Below are positions 56,274-64,000 of a DNA stretch of 64,000 bases, piece after piece. The stretch is from Pseudomonas phage BRkr. The notes under the pieces were generated by a model. The model saw nothing but the letters and a program-made list of their open reading frames with translations. It had not been told where the DNA came from and searched no databases. The stretch lies in the sequence record LC765218.1; one strand, given 5' to 3'. Position 1 is the stretch's first letter; each line of letters starts with the position of its first letter. The position numbers and the translations under genes were made by a program.

Positions 56274-56729
56274 ATGGACATTAATCCAATTAATTGCTGG
56301 AACTTTGTTGAATCACCAAACCAGCTTCTGATCACTGATTACCCTGAGCAGTTTAGTTATGACGGTTACACAATGGCCGTTAACAAGATCGATGTTTCTA
56401 AATACGTCGATACTATTCTTATACTTGGTAATCCCTCAGATGAAGGTAGGGAATATGACATCGGTATTGTTTTAAAATACGATAGCGATTATGTTTCTGG
56501 TACTGCATGTGATATCGTCTTTCCGACAGGTATCATAAGTGGAGGTTGTGTACTCTACGAAGACAGTAATGGTGATTATCATCGTCTACGTTCTAATTAT
56601 CCAAGTCTCACTCCAGATGGCACCTATTATTTTGAATCAGGTGAAGCCATCAGAGTGACATTGTTTATTGATAAGTGGACTAACAAATATTACTGGCAAT
56701 TATCAGAACTGATAGAGCGTCAATACTAA
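56274..56729 (+). CDS. hypothetical protein
   Basis: ATG at 56274 with RBS tAGGTGttatATG (the ORF-track start 56199 overlaps the upstream gene). 151 aa. Confidence 0.5.
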   Translation: MDINPINCWNFVESPNQLLITDYPEQFSYDGYTMAVNKIDVSKYVDTILILGNPSDEGREYDIGIVLKYDSDYVSGTACDIVFPTGIISGGCVLYEDSNGDYHRLRSNYPSLTPDGTYYFESGEAIRVTLFIDKWTNKYYWQLSELIERQY

Positions 56730-56731
56730 GA

Positions 56732-56766
56732 ATGTGGCTCGGTTAACCGAGCCACTCTTTACTTTC
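56732..56766 (+). terminator. terminator hairpin GTGGCTCGG-TTAA-CCGAGCCAC followed by TCTTTACTTTC
   Basis: Perfect 9-bp stem followed by a T-rich tract. Confidence 0.6.
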
Positions 56767-56805
56767 ATTACCAATTACATGACAATTCAATAGTGAGTAT
56801 GATAC

Positions 56806-57435
56806 ATGGCCACTAACAATTTAATGGTCCCTCCAATTGGTACAAAGGGACTATATGTTCTTCTACCTCCGTTTGATAAAGTATTGGAAGCAGCTGAACT
56901 TTACGAATGCGGTGCTATCCGCTACTTCGAGGATGTAGAAAATAATGGTCGTTCAGTTTATGACCTTTATTACAAGCCTTGGAAAATCGACGAGTCACGC
57001 GTCGCGACAGATCGACAGCAAGGTCATGTAATCGTAACGTTGCTGTCACCTAAATTCCCACCTGTTTATGTACCATCGAGCTACATCAAATCTTATCCTG
57101 ATCTTAGCTCTAAGCCATACAACCAAGTCATCATGACTCTGTCGCTTGGTGCATTGCCAGATGACGTAATTCTAGATACAGCCGCTAATGCTGCTGCGAA
57201 TGCAGTTAGTGATACGATCGGTGTTAATCCAGAAGTCCACTTTGGCATTATGCCGTTGTCAGATTCTGTAACACCAGCCGTCCACGAAACACGTGAGGCA
57301 GCACGACAAGGTAAGATCAAGAATCGTACGACGGATTATGCTCGTCTACTTGAACTGGAAAATGCCAACTCTATTTTAAAGCAACAGAACCTTATTCTTG
57401 AGAAAATCATCAAGGATAACAACCTGCTGCCTTAA
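56806..57435 (+). CDS. hypothetical protein
   Basis: 209-aa ORF. Confidence 0.5.
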   Translation: MATNNLMVPPIGTKGLYVLLPPFDKVLEAAELYECGAIRYFEDVENNGRSVYDLYYKPWKIDESRVATDRQQGHVIVTLLSPKFPPVYVPSSYIKSYPDLSSKPYNQVIMTLSLGALPDDVILDTAANAAANAVSDTIGVNPEVHFGIMPLSDSVTPAVHETREAARQGKIKNRTTDYARLLELENANSILKQQNLILEKIIKDNNLLP

Positions 57436-57488
57436 CAACCTTATGTAGTTTAAACTCACGAAATCCCCCGCAATTGTGGAGTATATAA

Positions 57489-59249
57489 ATGGCCCGCGCT
57501 AACCTTTTCGATCTGTGCCGTAGCATCTCTAACGAATCCATTACTGAAGAAGTAGAGAACAAAGCTGCTGGTACTGTCACTGAAGCCTCCGATCAGAACG
57601 TGGATCTGGAAGGCAAGAAAGATCTCGAACCTCAACTGAAGAGTGATGAGGGCGAAAAGCCTGATGCTGATGATGTTGATGCTTCGGTCACTAACACACA
57701 GACTAGTGAACCAGGTCCCACTGAAGGTGGTGGCGATGGTACTGCCGAAACTGTAGATGTGACCAATGTTCATACTTCGGACACCGTTGAGAATCACGTA
57801 ACCGCCGTTGACCAAACTGGTCTTGGGGATGTTGGTTCTGCACATGACGAAGTATCGGCTGACGATGATAACGTCGCTACCACTACTTCTGTAGAAGAAC
57901 ACACTGATGGTCTCGATACCATCGAATCTGGTGAAACTGAATCCGTTGGCGAAGCTGACGACATGGTGCAGGACATCGATGAAGCTGTTGAAGCTCTTAC
58001 TGCCGATGGCCTTACATCCGCTACTGATGCCAAAGGTGCCGTTGTAAACGAGATTGCTTCGGATATGGGCGACATTGAAAACGCCAAAGCTTCCGTTGAG
58101 CGTTATCTTGGTATCCTGCGTGGCATGCGTGAAAACGGCTATGAAGTTACTAACGAGCTGGCTGAGTCGATGCGTGTCGGTCTGGAAATGATTGATCCTG
58201 ATTTCTTCTCTGATACCGTGGTATCCGTTGAAGAACTTGACGACAGCGATAAGCATACTTCTGCTCGTGATGCTACTGAAAGCAAACTCACTGCTAAGAT
58301 GAAGTCTTTGCTGGAAGCAGCCCGTAATGTTCTGATGCGTATCTTCAACGCATTGATGGACTTCTGGCGCTCCTTTACTCAAGATGCTACCAAACTGAAA
58401 GAACGTCTGCGTACTCTTCGTAGTAAAGTAGGTACTCTTGATGGTGGTAAGCAGATTAAGATTGGTGGTCTGCAACGTCTGTCCATTGGTAAAGAATTCG
58501 TTGGCGATAGTCCTGAAGCTATTAAGCGTGTTGAGAATACCGCTGATATCGTTCTCATCAACTGGCCGAGCAAACTTGCTGAAATTCTGAAGAAGTTTGA
58601 TGATAAATCTACTTACTACTTCGGCGTTCAAAGCGGTCTCGCTCCTGAAATGCTCGATGCGATCGATGACATTCTGTCTAACTCCTTCCGTGGATTCAAG
58701 AACGTTAATTCCAACGAGAAAGATAAAGTTCCGAGTGGTATGTTGAATAGCACCTCGGTTCATATGTCCGAAGTTCTTCCGGGTAACCGTGCAATGTTCG
58801 TTGGTGTGAACACCGATTACGCAGCCGATAAGACTTTCAACTTCAACAACGCTATTAATATCAACTTCTCGGTTATTCCGGGTGGCGATAGCTATGGTGG
58901 TGCCGATACCATCAAAACGATGTCTGCTGGTGAAGCAGTTTCTGTTATTCGCGCTACCGAGCAACTGATCAATAAAGTTGAAGCAGCTGTTGAAGGTCGT
59001 AGCAAGCTGAATGAACTCGCCCAACGGGTTAACCAGAAAGGATCTAGCTTCCTGTTTGGTGCACTGATGACCGGTGATGAGAACTCGGCTATTTCCAGTC
59101 TGCTTGCCATTACTCTGGCTCGTCAAACTGCTAATGCTAACCATCTGTTTACAGGTTATTGCCTGAACCTGGTTAAAGCTGAAATCGCTGTTATTGAAGC
59201 CATGCTGAAAGCTGAACATGGTGATGTTATCGAAGGCGAGAAAGCCTAA
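57489..59249 (+). CDS. abundant acidic virion protein (head/inner-body-like), paralog A
   Basis: 586 aa. Very strong codon bias. N-terminal 170 aa extremely acidic (D/E/T/V-rich). C-terminal region homologous to 59260..60444. Full-length antisense shadow ORF (57456..59261). Confidence 0.5.
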   Translation: MARANLFDLCRSISNESITEEVENKAAGTVTEASDQNVDLEGKKDLEPQLKSDEGEKPDADDVDASVTNTQTSEPGPTEGGGDGTAETVDVTNVHTSDTVENHVTAVDQTGLGDVGSAHDEVSADDDNVATTTSVEEHTDGLDTIESGETESVGEADDMVQDIDEAVEALTADGLTSATDAKGAVVNEIASDMGDIENAKASVERYLGILRGMRENGYEVTNELAESMRVGLEMIDPDFFSDTVVSVEELDDSDKHTSARDATESKLTAKMKSLLEAARNVLMRIFNALMDFWRSFTQDATKLKERLRTLRSKVGTLDGGKQIKIGGLQRLSIGKEFVGDSPEAIKRVENTADIVLINWPSKLAEILKKFDDKSTYYFGVQSGLAPEMLDAIDDILSNSFRGFKNVNSNEKDKVPSGMLNSTSVHMSEVLPGNRAMFVGVNTDYAADKTFNFNNAININFSVIPGGDSYGGADTIKTMSAGEAVSVIRATEQLINKVEAAVEGRSKLNELAQRVNQKGSSFLFGALMTGDENSAISSLLAITLARQTANANHLFTGYCLNLVKAEIAVIEAMLKAEHGDVIEGEKA

Positions 59250-59259
59250 GGGTGAAAGC

Positions 59260-60444
59260 ATGTCCTATCTGGCACAATGGAATGAAGTATCTGAAGACCT
59301 GAGTAAGATTCAGCGTCTTGGTTCTTCTCTAGAGCGCTACCGCGATCTGCTAGCTGGACGTGACGTTGTAACAGGGGCTACTGCTGATGTTATCTCGGTA
59401 GCCCTTGAGAGTATTGACCCTGACTTTGATATCAAAGAAGGTTCTAAAATTACTCTGAGAGCAATCAAAGAAGGCATTATCGCGGCGGCGAAAGCCACCC
59501 GCGATATTGTCCGCTACATCTGGGAATTGCTTAACTCTTTCTACGTCAAATTCACCGGTAGCATTCGTCGTGTTCGTCGCACACAAGAAAGCATTAGTCG
59601 ACGCTTAGGTAAACTAGGCTCGGCAACTACTTACCAGAAAATGTCTGTAGCTGGTGTACAACGTCTATCTATTGATGGTAACTTCGTGGGGTTAGACCTT
59701 AACCACTTGAACGACATCAAAGATCTAACCAACTACATTCTCAACCATTATCCTAAATCGGTTGCAAAGATTGCACGGAACAGTTCTCGACAGTTCCTGA
59801 ATATCTTGGATAAATCTAAGGATGCTAGCTCTAATGAAGTAGCTGGTGAGGTTGTAGAAGCATTTGCAAATATCCTCCAACGTGATTTTACCCCTCCGCC
59901 TGGTCATGCCCCTCTCCAACAGAGAGAACTGACTACTGCGGAAAAAGGTGTCCATCGTTCGGTTGTCCTACCTGGCAACGTAGCGTTCATCTATACACCA
60001 CCTGACGTTATCAGTCAGATGTTGAATAATAGTAAAGTCGCTAATGAGGATGTTGTAAGACGTTCGTTTACAATGCAGTTCGCTGAGCTACAGCTAAATG
60101 TAGCTGACCGTTCTGAACGTGAGATTGATGTACCTTCTGTCCGTACTCTTAGTGAGATCACTCAGTTGATCTCCAGCATCCTTTCTCTAGCAGAGAAAGC
60201 TGAAACGGGTCAGCGGGACTTCTCCACGGTCAAAGTAGTTGTAGACGACGCTATTCGACAGATCGCTGAAGCGGGTGAAGAGGCAGGTAAATCCTATAAT
60301 TCTGTTCTCTCTATTATCGGCGAGATTTCGAAGAAGTTAGCTGAACCAATGGGTTTCTATACTCACTGGCTGGCTGTATCGCTTAATGTGTATTTGACTT
60401 TCATTAGTCATTGCATCAAGCATTACGAAGCTGAAGGCGTATAA
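59260..60444 (+). CDS. virion protein, paralog B of 57489..59249
   Basis: RBS AAGGGTGaaagcATG at 59260. Shared motifs with paralog A: LSIDGNFVG vs LSIGKEFVG, VLPGNVAFIY vs VLPGNRAMFV, and a C-terminal ISSILSLAEKAE-type helix. Confidence 0.5.
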   Translation: MSYLAQWNEVSEDLSKIQRLGSSLERYRDLLAGRDVVTGATADVISVALESIDPDFDIKEGSKITLRAIKEGIIAAAKATRDIVRYIWELLNSFYVKFTGSIRRVRRTQESISRRLGKLGSATTYQKMSVAGVQRLSIDGNFVGLDLNHLNDIKDLTNYILNHYPKSVAKIARNSSRQFLNILDKSKDASSNEVAGEVVEAFANILQRDFTPPPGHAPLQQRELTTAEKGVHRSVVLPGNVAFIYTPPDVISQMLNNSKVANEDVVRRSFTMQFAELQLNVADRSEREIDVPSVRTLSEITQLISSILSLAEKAETGQRDFSTVKVVVDDAIRQIAEAGEEAGKSYNSVLSIIGEISKKLAEPMGFYTHWLAVSLNVYLTFISHCIKHYEAEGV

Positions 60445-60486
60445 CGGCATAAAGCCCCTACCGAATGGTAGGGGCTTTATGTTGTC
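60444..60486. terminator. bidirectional terminator GGCATAAAG-CCCCTACC-GAAT-GGTAGGGG-CTTTATGTTGTC
   Basis: 9-bp stem nearly identical to the hairpin at 1949-1970. Sits between convergent genes. Confidence 0.65.
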
Positions 60487-60766
60487 AACCGCTACTAGTC
60501 GCATCGGGTCTACCGGTTGCAGTATGACCACAGCTAGCGGACATTCCTTGCAGAACAATTGGCACGCCTTTAATAAAAGCTTTCGTTGAAGCTTGTACCA
60601 TGTTTGCGCTGTTATGTGGGGATCGCCCATGTCCATCTACGGGATCACCTAATACAGCAATTGGATTACCTTTATAGAAGCCAGTTGAATTACCACTTGG
60701 TCTTATTGTTCCACCAGCAGAATCTATATTACAAACAGCTATACCAGGCATTAGACAATATCCCAT
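60485..60766 (-). CDS. PAAR-repeat protein (spike tip)
   Basis: 93 aa. [10 protein letters not shown] and [10 protein letters not shown] are PAAR-like Gly/Cys-rich motifs. Start overlaps the upstream spike gene by 16 nt. Confidence 0.45.
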   Translation of the reverse strand: MGYCLMPGIAVCNIDSAGGTIRPSGNSTGFYKGNPIAVLGDPVDGHGRSPHNSANMVQASTKAFIKGVPIVLQGMSASCGHTATGRPDATSSG

Positions 60767-61560
60767 CTTCCAGTTTGTTCGATAATGTGACCCGCCACAG
60801 TTGTATGTGTCCCACTACTCGTTAGTGTAGTATTAGACGTATTACTGTTAATCGAATCTGGTCGCAGCTCAAGAGTTGTTCCGCCCACGGTCATTTTGAT
60901 ATGATCATCCGCAGACATTTCGATCCATTGCCGTTCTACCTTAACAAAAGAGTTGTCCGAGTTTATTAATTGTACACGTCGTTCAGTTGAATCAAGTTCT
61001 ATAAGCTGACCAACATCGTCTTTAATATAGACTGCGCCATAATCAGTATTGATTTGGAATGTGTATGCGAAAGGTTCTCCATTTGCTTTAGATGTACCGA
61101 TTGTCCAGTGTTTGTCATGTGCTGATATAGCCATGAAATAACACGTGCTAAAATCGATACCACCACCACCAGGTTTGGGCGAAGCATTCCATGCAAATAC
61201 AACGGATTCTAATGTACGAAGATTGTTACGAAGACCCATACACCGCCAATAGTACTGATCGGTGTCTCCCATTCGCCAAATCTCTACGATCTCGTTACGA
61301 CGTACATCTGGTGGAGTAACACGGTTGTCTTCGTTCGGTAGCCATTCACAGTTAGTCGTTCTAGTTGTAGTAGCTTTAACATTATACTGATTACCCTCGG
61401 CATCGAAACCTTGTAGTGTTTCCTGCAATGGGTCAAACGTTACTTCACCATCAGTACCAGTGGCAAGCTCTACAGGTAAAACGTCCACATGCCTTGAAGA
61501 ACGTTCTTTGTTTGCAGCTACTCTACCAATACTTACTAATTTGAAAATTGAAGCTTCCAT
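60751..61560 (-). CDS. baseplate central spike/hub protein (gp5/VgrG-like, OB-fold plus beta-rich C-terminus)
   Basis: 269 aa. Beta-rich. Immediately followed by the PAAR gene, which is the usual spike-PAAR arrangement. Confidence 0.4.
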   Translation of the reverse strand: MEASIFKLVSIGRVAANKERSSRHVDVLPVELATGTDGEVTFDPLQETLQGFDAEGNQYNVKATTTRTTNCEWLPNEDNRVTPPDVRRNEIVEIWRMGDTDQYYWRCMGLRNNLRTLESVVFAWNASPKPGGGGIDFSTCYFMAISAHDKHWTIGTSKANGEPFAYTFQINTDYGAVYIKDDVGQLIELDSTERRVQLINSDNSFVKVERQWIEMSADDHIKMTVGGTTLELRPDSINSNTSNTTLTSSGTHTTVAGHIIEQTGRWDIV

Positions 61561-61628
61561 ATGTTCCTCTGAATAATTACTGATAACCTTAGTTCTATAG
61601 GGTAACGTACGATTTTAAGGGCTTACCA

Positions 61629-64000
61629 ATGCAAATCACTCTACTGCGTTTGAAAAAATTCAAACGACTTATGACGGCAAATATCCAATTCTTCGAATGG
61701 ACCCCCACTAAGAACATGATGATTATACTCGGTTCTAATGGTTCGGGTAAATCGTCAGTTATGGATGAACTAACTCCATTGCCATCTCGACATACAAACT
61801 TTGATAAAGATGGTTTTAAAGAATTCCATTGCTACCATAATGGAAGCCTTTATGTACTTCATTCGGTATATGGTCATGGTACTGGTCGTCACTCTTTCAA
61901 ACGGGATAATGAAGAGTTGAATAGCGGCGGTACATATAAAATCCAAGAAGAACTCTGTCTACAAGAGTTTGGACTTACGCGTGAAATCCATGAGATTGCA
62001 ACTGGTCGAGTTAAATTTACCGCTATGTCTACAGCAAAGCGCCGCGAGATTCTTACGCGGATGTCAACTGTTGATTTGACTTATGCGTTAGATGTATACA
62101 GAGACATTAAACAGGAACATCGCAGTCAGAAAGGTGTCATCGATCTAATCACAAAACGCCTAGTCACTGAAAATCACGATATCTTTAGTGATAGTGAAAT
62201 GACACTGATGCGCGAAGAGACCTCTCGTCTTACTAAGCGTTTGAATAAACTCTTCCAAGAAAAGCAAAATGATGTTCGACCTGCTTTCCAGAATGTGCAA
62301 CAAGCTGAAAACGAACTCGAATCTATTCTGAATGATGCACGCGCTTGCCTACGTGATTATCCAATGTTACCGGCCGCTATTCGTGTAGCTAACCATGGAG
62401 AATTCCAGGTAGAATTCAATCGGGTATCGGAGCAATACTCTTCGATCAATGCAGTGATTAATCGTCTTGCAGAAGAACTAGAAAAGCTTCGTACTAACTC
62501 TCCATCGGCGATTGAAATATCGGAAGATGATGTTAATGCATTGAAACAACAGCATGCTGCGAATCTGGCGAATGTTGAATCGTGTATTAACTCGATGAAA
62601 ACTTATACTGGTCAATTTCCAATTATTAAGTTTAATACAGCCGGTGCTGATCCTATTTGTAAGTTGGATGGAATGTTCGACCGATGGTTTGATCTGTTAA
62701 CTAGTTTCCCTGATAACGGTGACGGTTGGATGAATCGGGAAGAAGCAACCAAACGACAGAACCGTCAGAAAGAGCTTAGGAATATTTACGCACAAGTCTC
62801 AGATAAAATCGAGCAGGCTAATTCCAGGTTGTCGCGTTTGAAAGGTTGTGAATCTGTGGTATGTCCATCTTGTACCCATGAATTTAAACCTGGCGTAGAT
62901 CCATCTGAAACGGATATGCTTGAAGCTTCTAAAGTTAAACTCCACGAAGCTATTGATCGTATCGAAGCAGAACAAAAAGAGAACGAAGAATATCTTGAGA
63001 AATTCCAGGACTATTCAAGTTATGTTTTCCAGTACATGTCTTTGACAAAAGACTACCCAGAGTTTAATGAACTGTGGGATTACTGTGCAACTAACATGAC
63101 AATGTATCGGACTCCTGCATTGCATAAGACTGATGCTTTGCAATGGCATACAGCCATGCGGAGTTATGTCAAATCCCGTACTGAACTAGAGCTTGCTACT
63201 AATATCGAGAAACGTCTTAAAGTTATCGCTGAGATAGACCAAGATGCAATCGGTTATATGAAACGCCGCGCCGAAGAATTGGAAACTGAAATTAACATCA
63301 TGTATGTTAAAGCTTCAGATATCAATCAGTACATGCAAGATCTACGGTCTGGTGAACAATCTATTCTACGTAACAATAAACGTATCCATGATGTCCTGGA
63401 CCGTTATGAAATGTGGAAAGATAAAGTAGAGCGTCATTCGGAGTATTTGCTTGATAGAGCCTATACTGAAGAGATAGGAACCATCCAGGTAAAACTCGCT
63501 GAAACAACGCGACAGCTCACACAGATGGAACAACGTGAAACGACCATACGTACGCTTGAAAACGAAGTAACAAATGCTACTGAAGTACATAGCGATCTTG
63601 GTATTCTAATTAAGTCGTTATCTCCAAACGGTGGATTGTTGGGTCGATATATGCTTGGCTTCTTGCAGGGTGTTACTTACATTGTCAATGCATTCATTGA
63701 CGAGGTGTGGACATACCCAATGGAAGTACTACCTTCTAAAGTTGAAAAGGAGGAGTTAGACTACAACTTCCCTCTCAAAGTAGCAGGCGGTCAAGTAATG
63801 GCACCTGACATTTCGTATGGTTCCGATAGTCAATTGGAAATCGTTAACTTTGCATTCAAGATGGCTATTCTGAAGTTCCTCGGTCTTGAAGACATGCCAT
63901 TGTATCTTGATGAATTTGGTCGTACGTTTGATGAACAACACCGCGCAAACTTAATCCCGTTTATCTCTCGTCTTATCGAGAACGGTCAATTTAAACAAGT
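61629..64000 (+). CDS. Rad50/SbcC-like recombination ATPase (T4 gp46-like), 3' partial
   Basis: RBS tAAGGGcttaccaATG. Walker A ILGSNGSGKSS. Long coiled-coil region with a CxxC zinc hook (VVCPSCTH). A degenerate signature ISYGSDSQLE and Walker B/D-loop PLYLDEFG near the window end. Open frame to the last base. Confidence 0.6.
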   Translation, partial: MQITLLRLKKFKRLMTANIQFFEWTPTKNMMIILGSNGSGKSSVMDELTPLPSRHTNFDKDGFKEFHCYHNGSLYVLHSVYGHGTGRHSFKRDNEELNSGGTYKIQEELCLQEFGLTREIHEIATGRVKFTAMSTAKRREILTRMSTVDLTYALDVYRDIKQEHRSQKGVIDLITKRLVTENHDIFSDSEMTLMREETSRLTKRLNKLFQEKQNDVRPAFQNVQQAENELESILNDARACLRDYPMLPAAIRVANHGEFQVEFNRVSEQYSSINAVINRLAEELEKLRTNSPSAIEISEDDVNALKQQHAANLANVESCINSMKTYTGQFPIIKFNTAGADPICKLDGMFDRWFDLLTSFPDNGDGWMNREEATKRQNRQKELRNIYAQVSDKIEQANSRLSRLKGCESVVCPSCTHEFKPGVDPSETDMLEASKVKLHEAIDRIEAEQKENEEYLEKFQDYSSYVFQYMSLTKDYPEFNELWDYCATNMTMYRTPALHKTDALQWHTAMRSYVKSRTELELATNIEKRLKVIAEIDQDAIGYMKRRAEELETEINIMYVKASDINQYMQDLRSGEQSILRNNKRIHDVLDRYEMWKDKVERHSEYLLDRAYTEEIGTIQVKLAETTRQLTQMEQRETTIRTLENEVTNATEVHSDLGILIKSLSPNGGLLGRYMLGFLQGVTYIVNAFIDEVWTYPMEVLPSKVEKEELDYNFPLKVAGGQVMAPDISYGSDSQLEIVNFAFKMAILKFLGLEDMPLYLDEFGRTFDEQHRANLIPFISRLIENGQFKQ

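Noticed and set aside
1943-60486. Repeated GC-rich palindromes as a possible CRISPR array or MITE-like mobile elements
   Set aside because: The repeats are dispersed singly at gene boundaries across 60 kb with variable stems. They have no regular spacing and no flanking direct-repeat target duplications. They are better explained as a terminator family.

Overview
The window is dense, almost gap-free phage DNA on both strands. It most likely belongs to a phiKZ-like jumbo myovirus with an enterobacterial-type codon bias. I found no rRNA, tRNA, CRISPR array or transposase or integrase-type gene.

The phiKZ-like call rests on two genes. One is a 741-aa major capsid protein with strong codon bias (7489-9714). 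The other is a KZ144-type endolysin with an N-terminal peptidoglycan-binding domain and a C-terminal lytic-transglycosylase domain carrying the ESAFD catalytic motif (36602-37381).

Recognisable content, in order along the window:
- A DnaB-like RecA-fold helicase (5205-6743, minus strand).
- A head block: the capsid gene, a basic protein just downstream, a protein with a 280-aa Q/N-rich N-terminus, and an 899-aa portal-like protein with a poly-acidic tail.
- Two separate tail-fibre clusters. The first is four paralogous fibres with T4 gp12/gp34/gp37-type NPH repeats plus an orphan repeat fragment (24894-31738). The second is three fibres with a 27-aa SAY/GFxGTE repeat and collagen-like GDKGDK tracts (37513-44491).
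- A lysis cassette: overlapping i-spanin and o-spanin, a membrane protein that may be the holin, and the endolysin. A RuvC-like resolvase sits immediately upstream of the spanins.
- Recombination and replication genes: a UvsX-like recombinase, an RNase HI fused to an unknown 290-aa domain, and a Rad50/SbcC-like ATPase with a CxxC zinc hook that runs off the 3' end of the window.
- Baseplate genes: a LamG-like protein, a gp5-like spike and a PAAR cap.
- Two paralogous acidic head proteins.

The most distinctive non-coding signal is a family of at least 15 extended palindromic hairpins with conserved flanks (ACATAAAG, GC-rich stem, CTTTATGT). They act as candidate bidirectional terminators. Several are followed by TATATGTCG about 50-70 nt upstream of a gene start, which would fit phiKZ-type TATG late promoters.

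Most remaining ORFs are hypothetical. Functional calls are made only where I could recognise motifs directly in the translated sequence.
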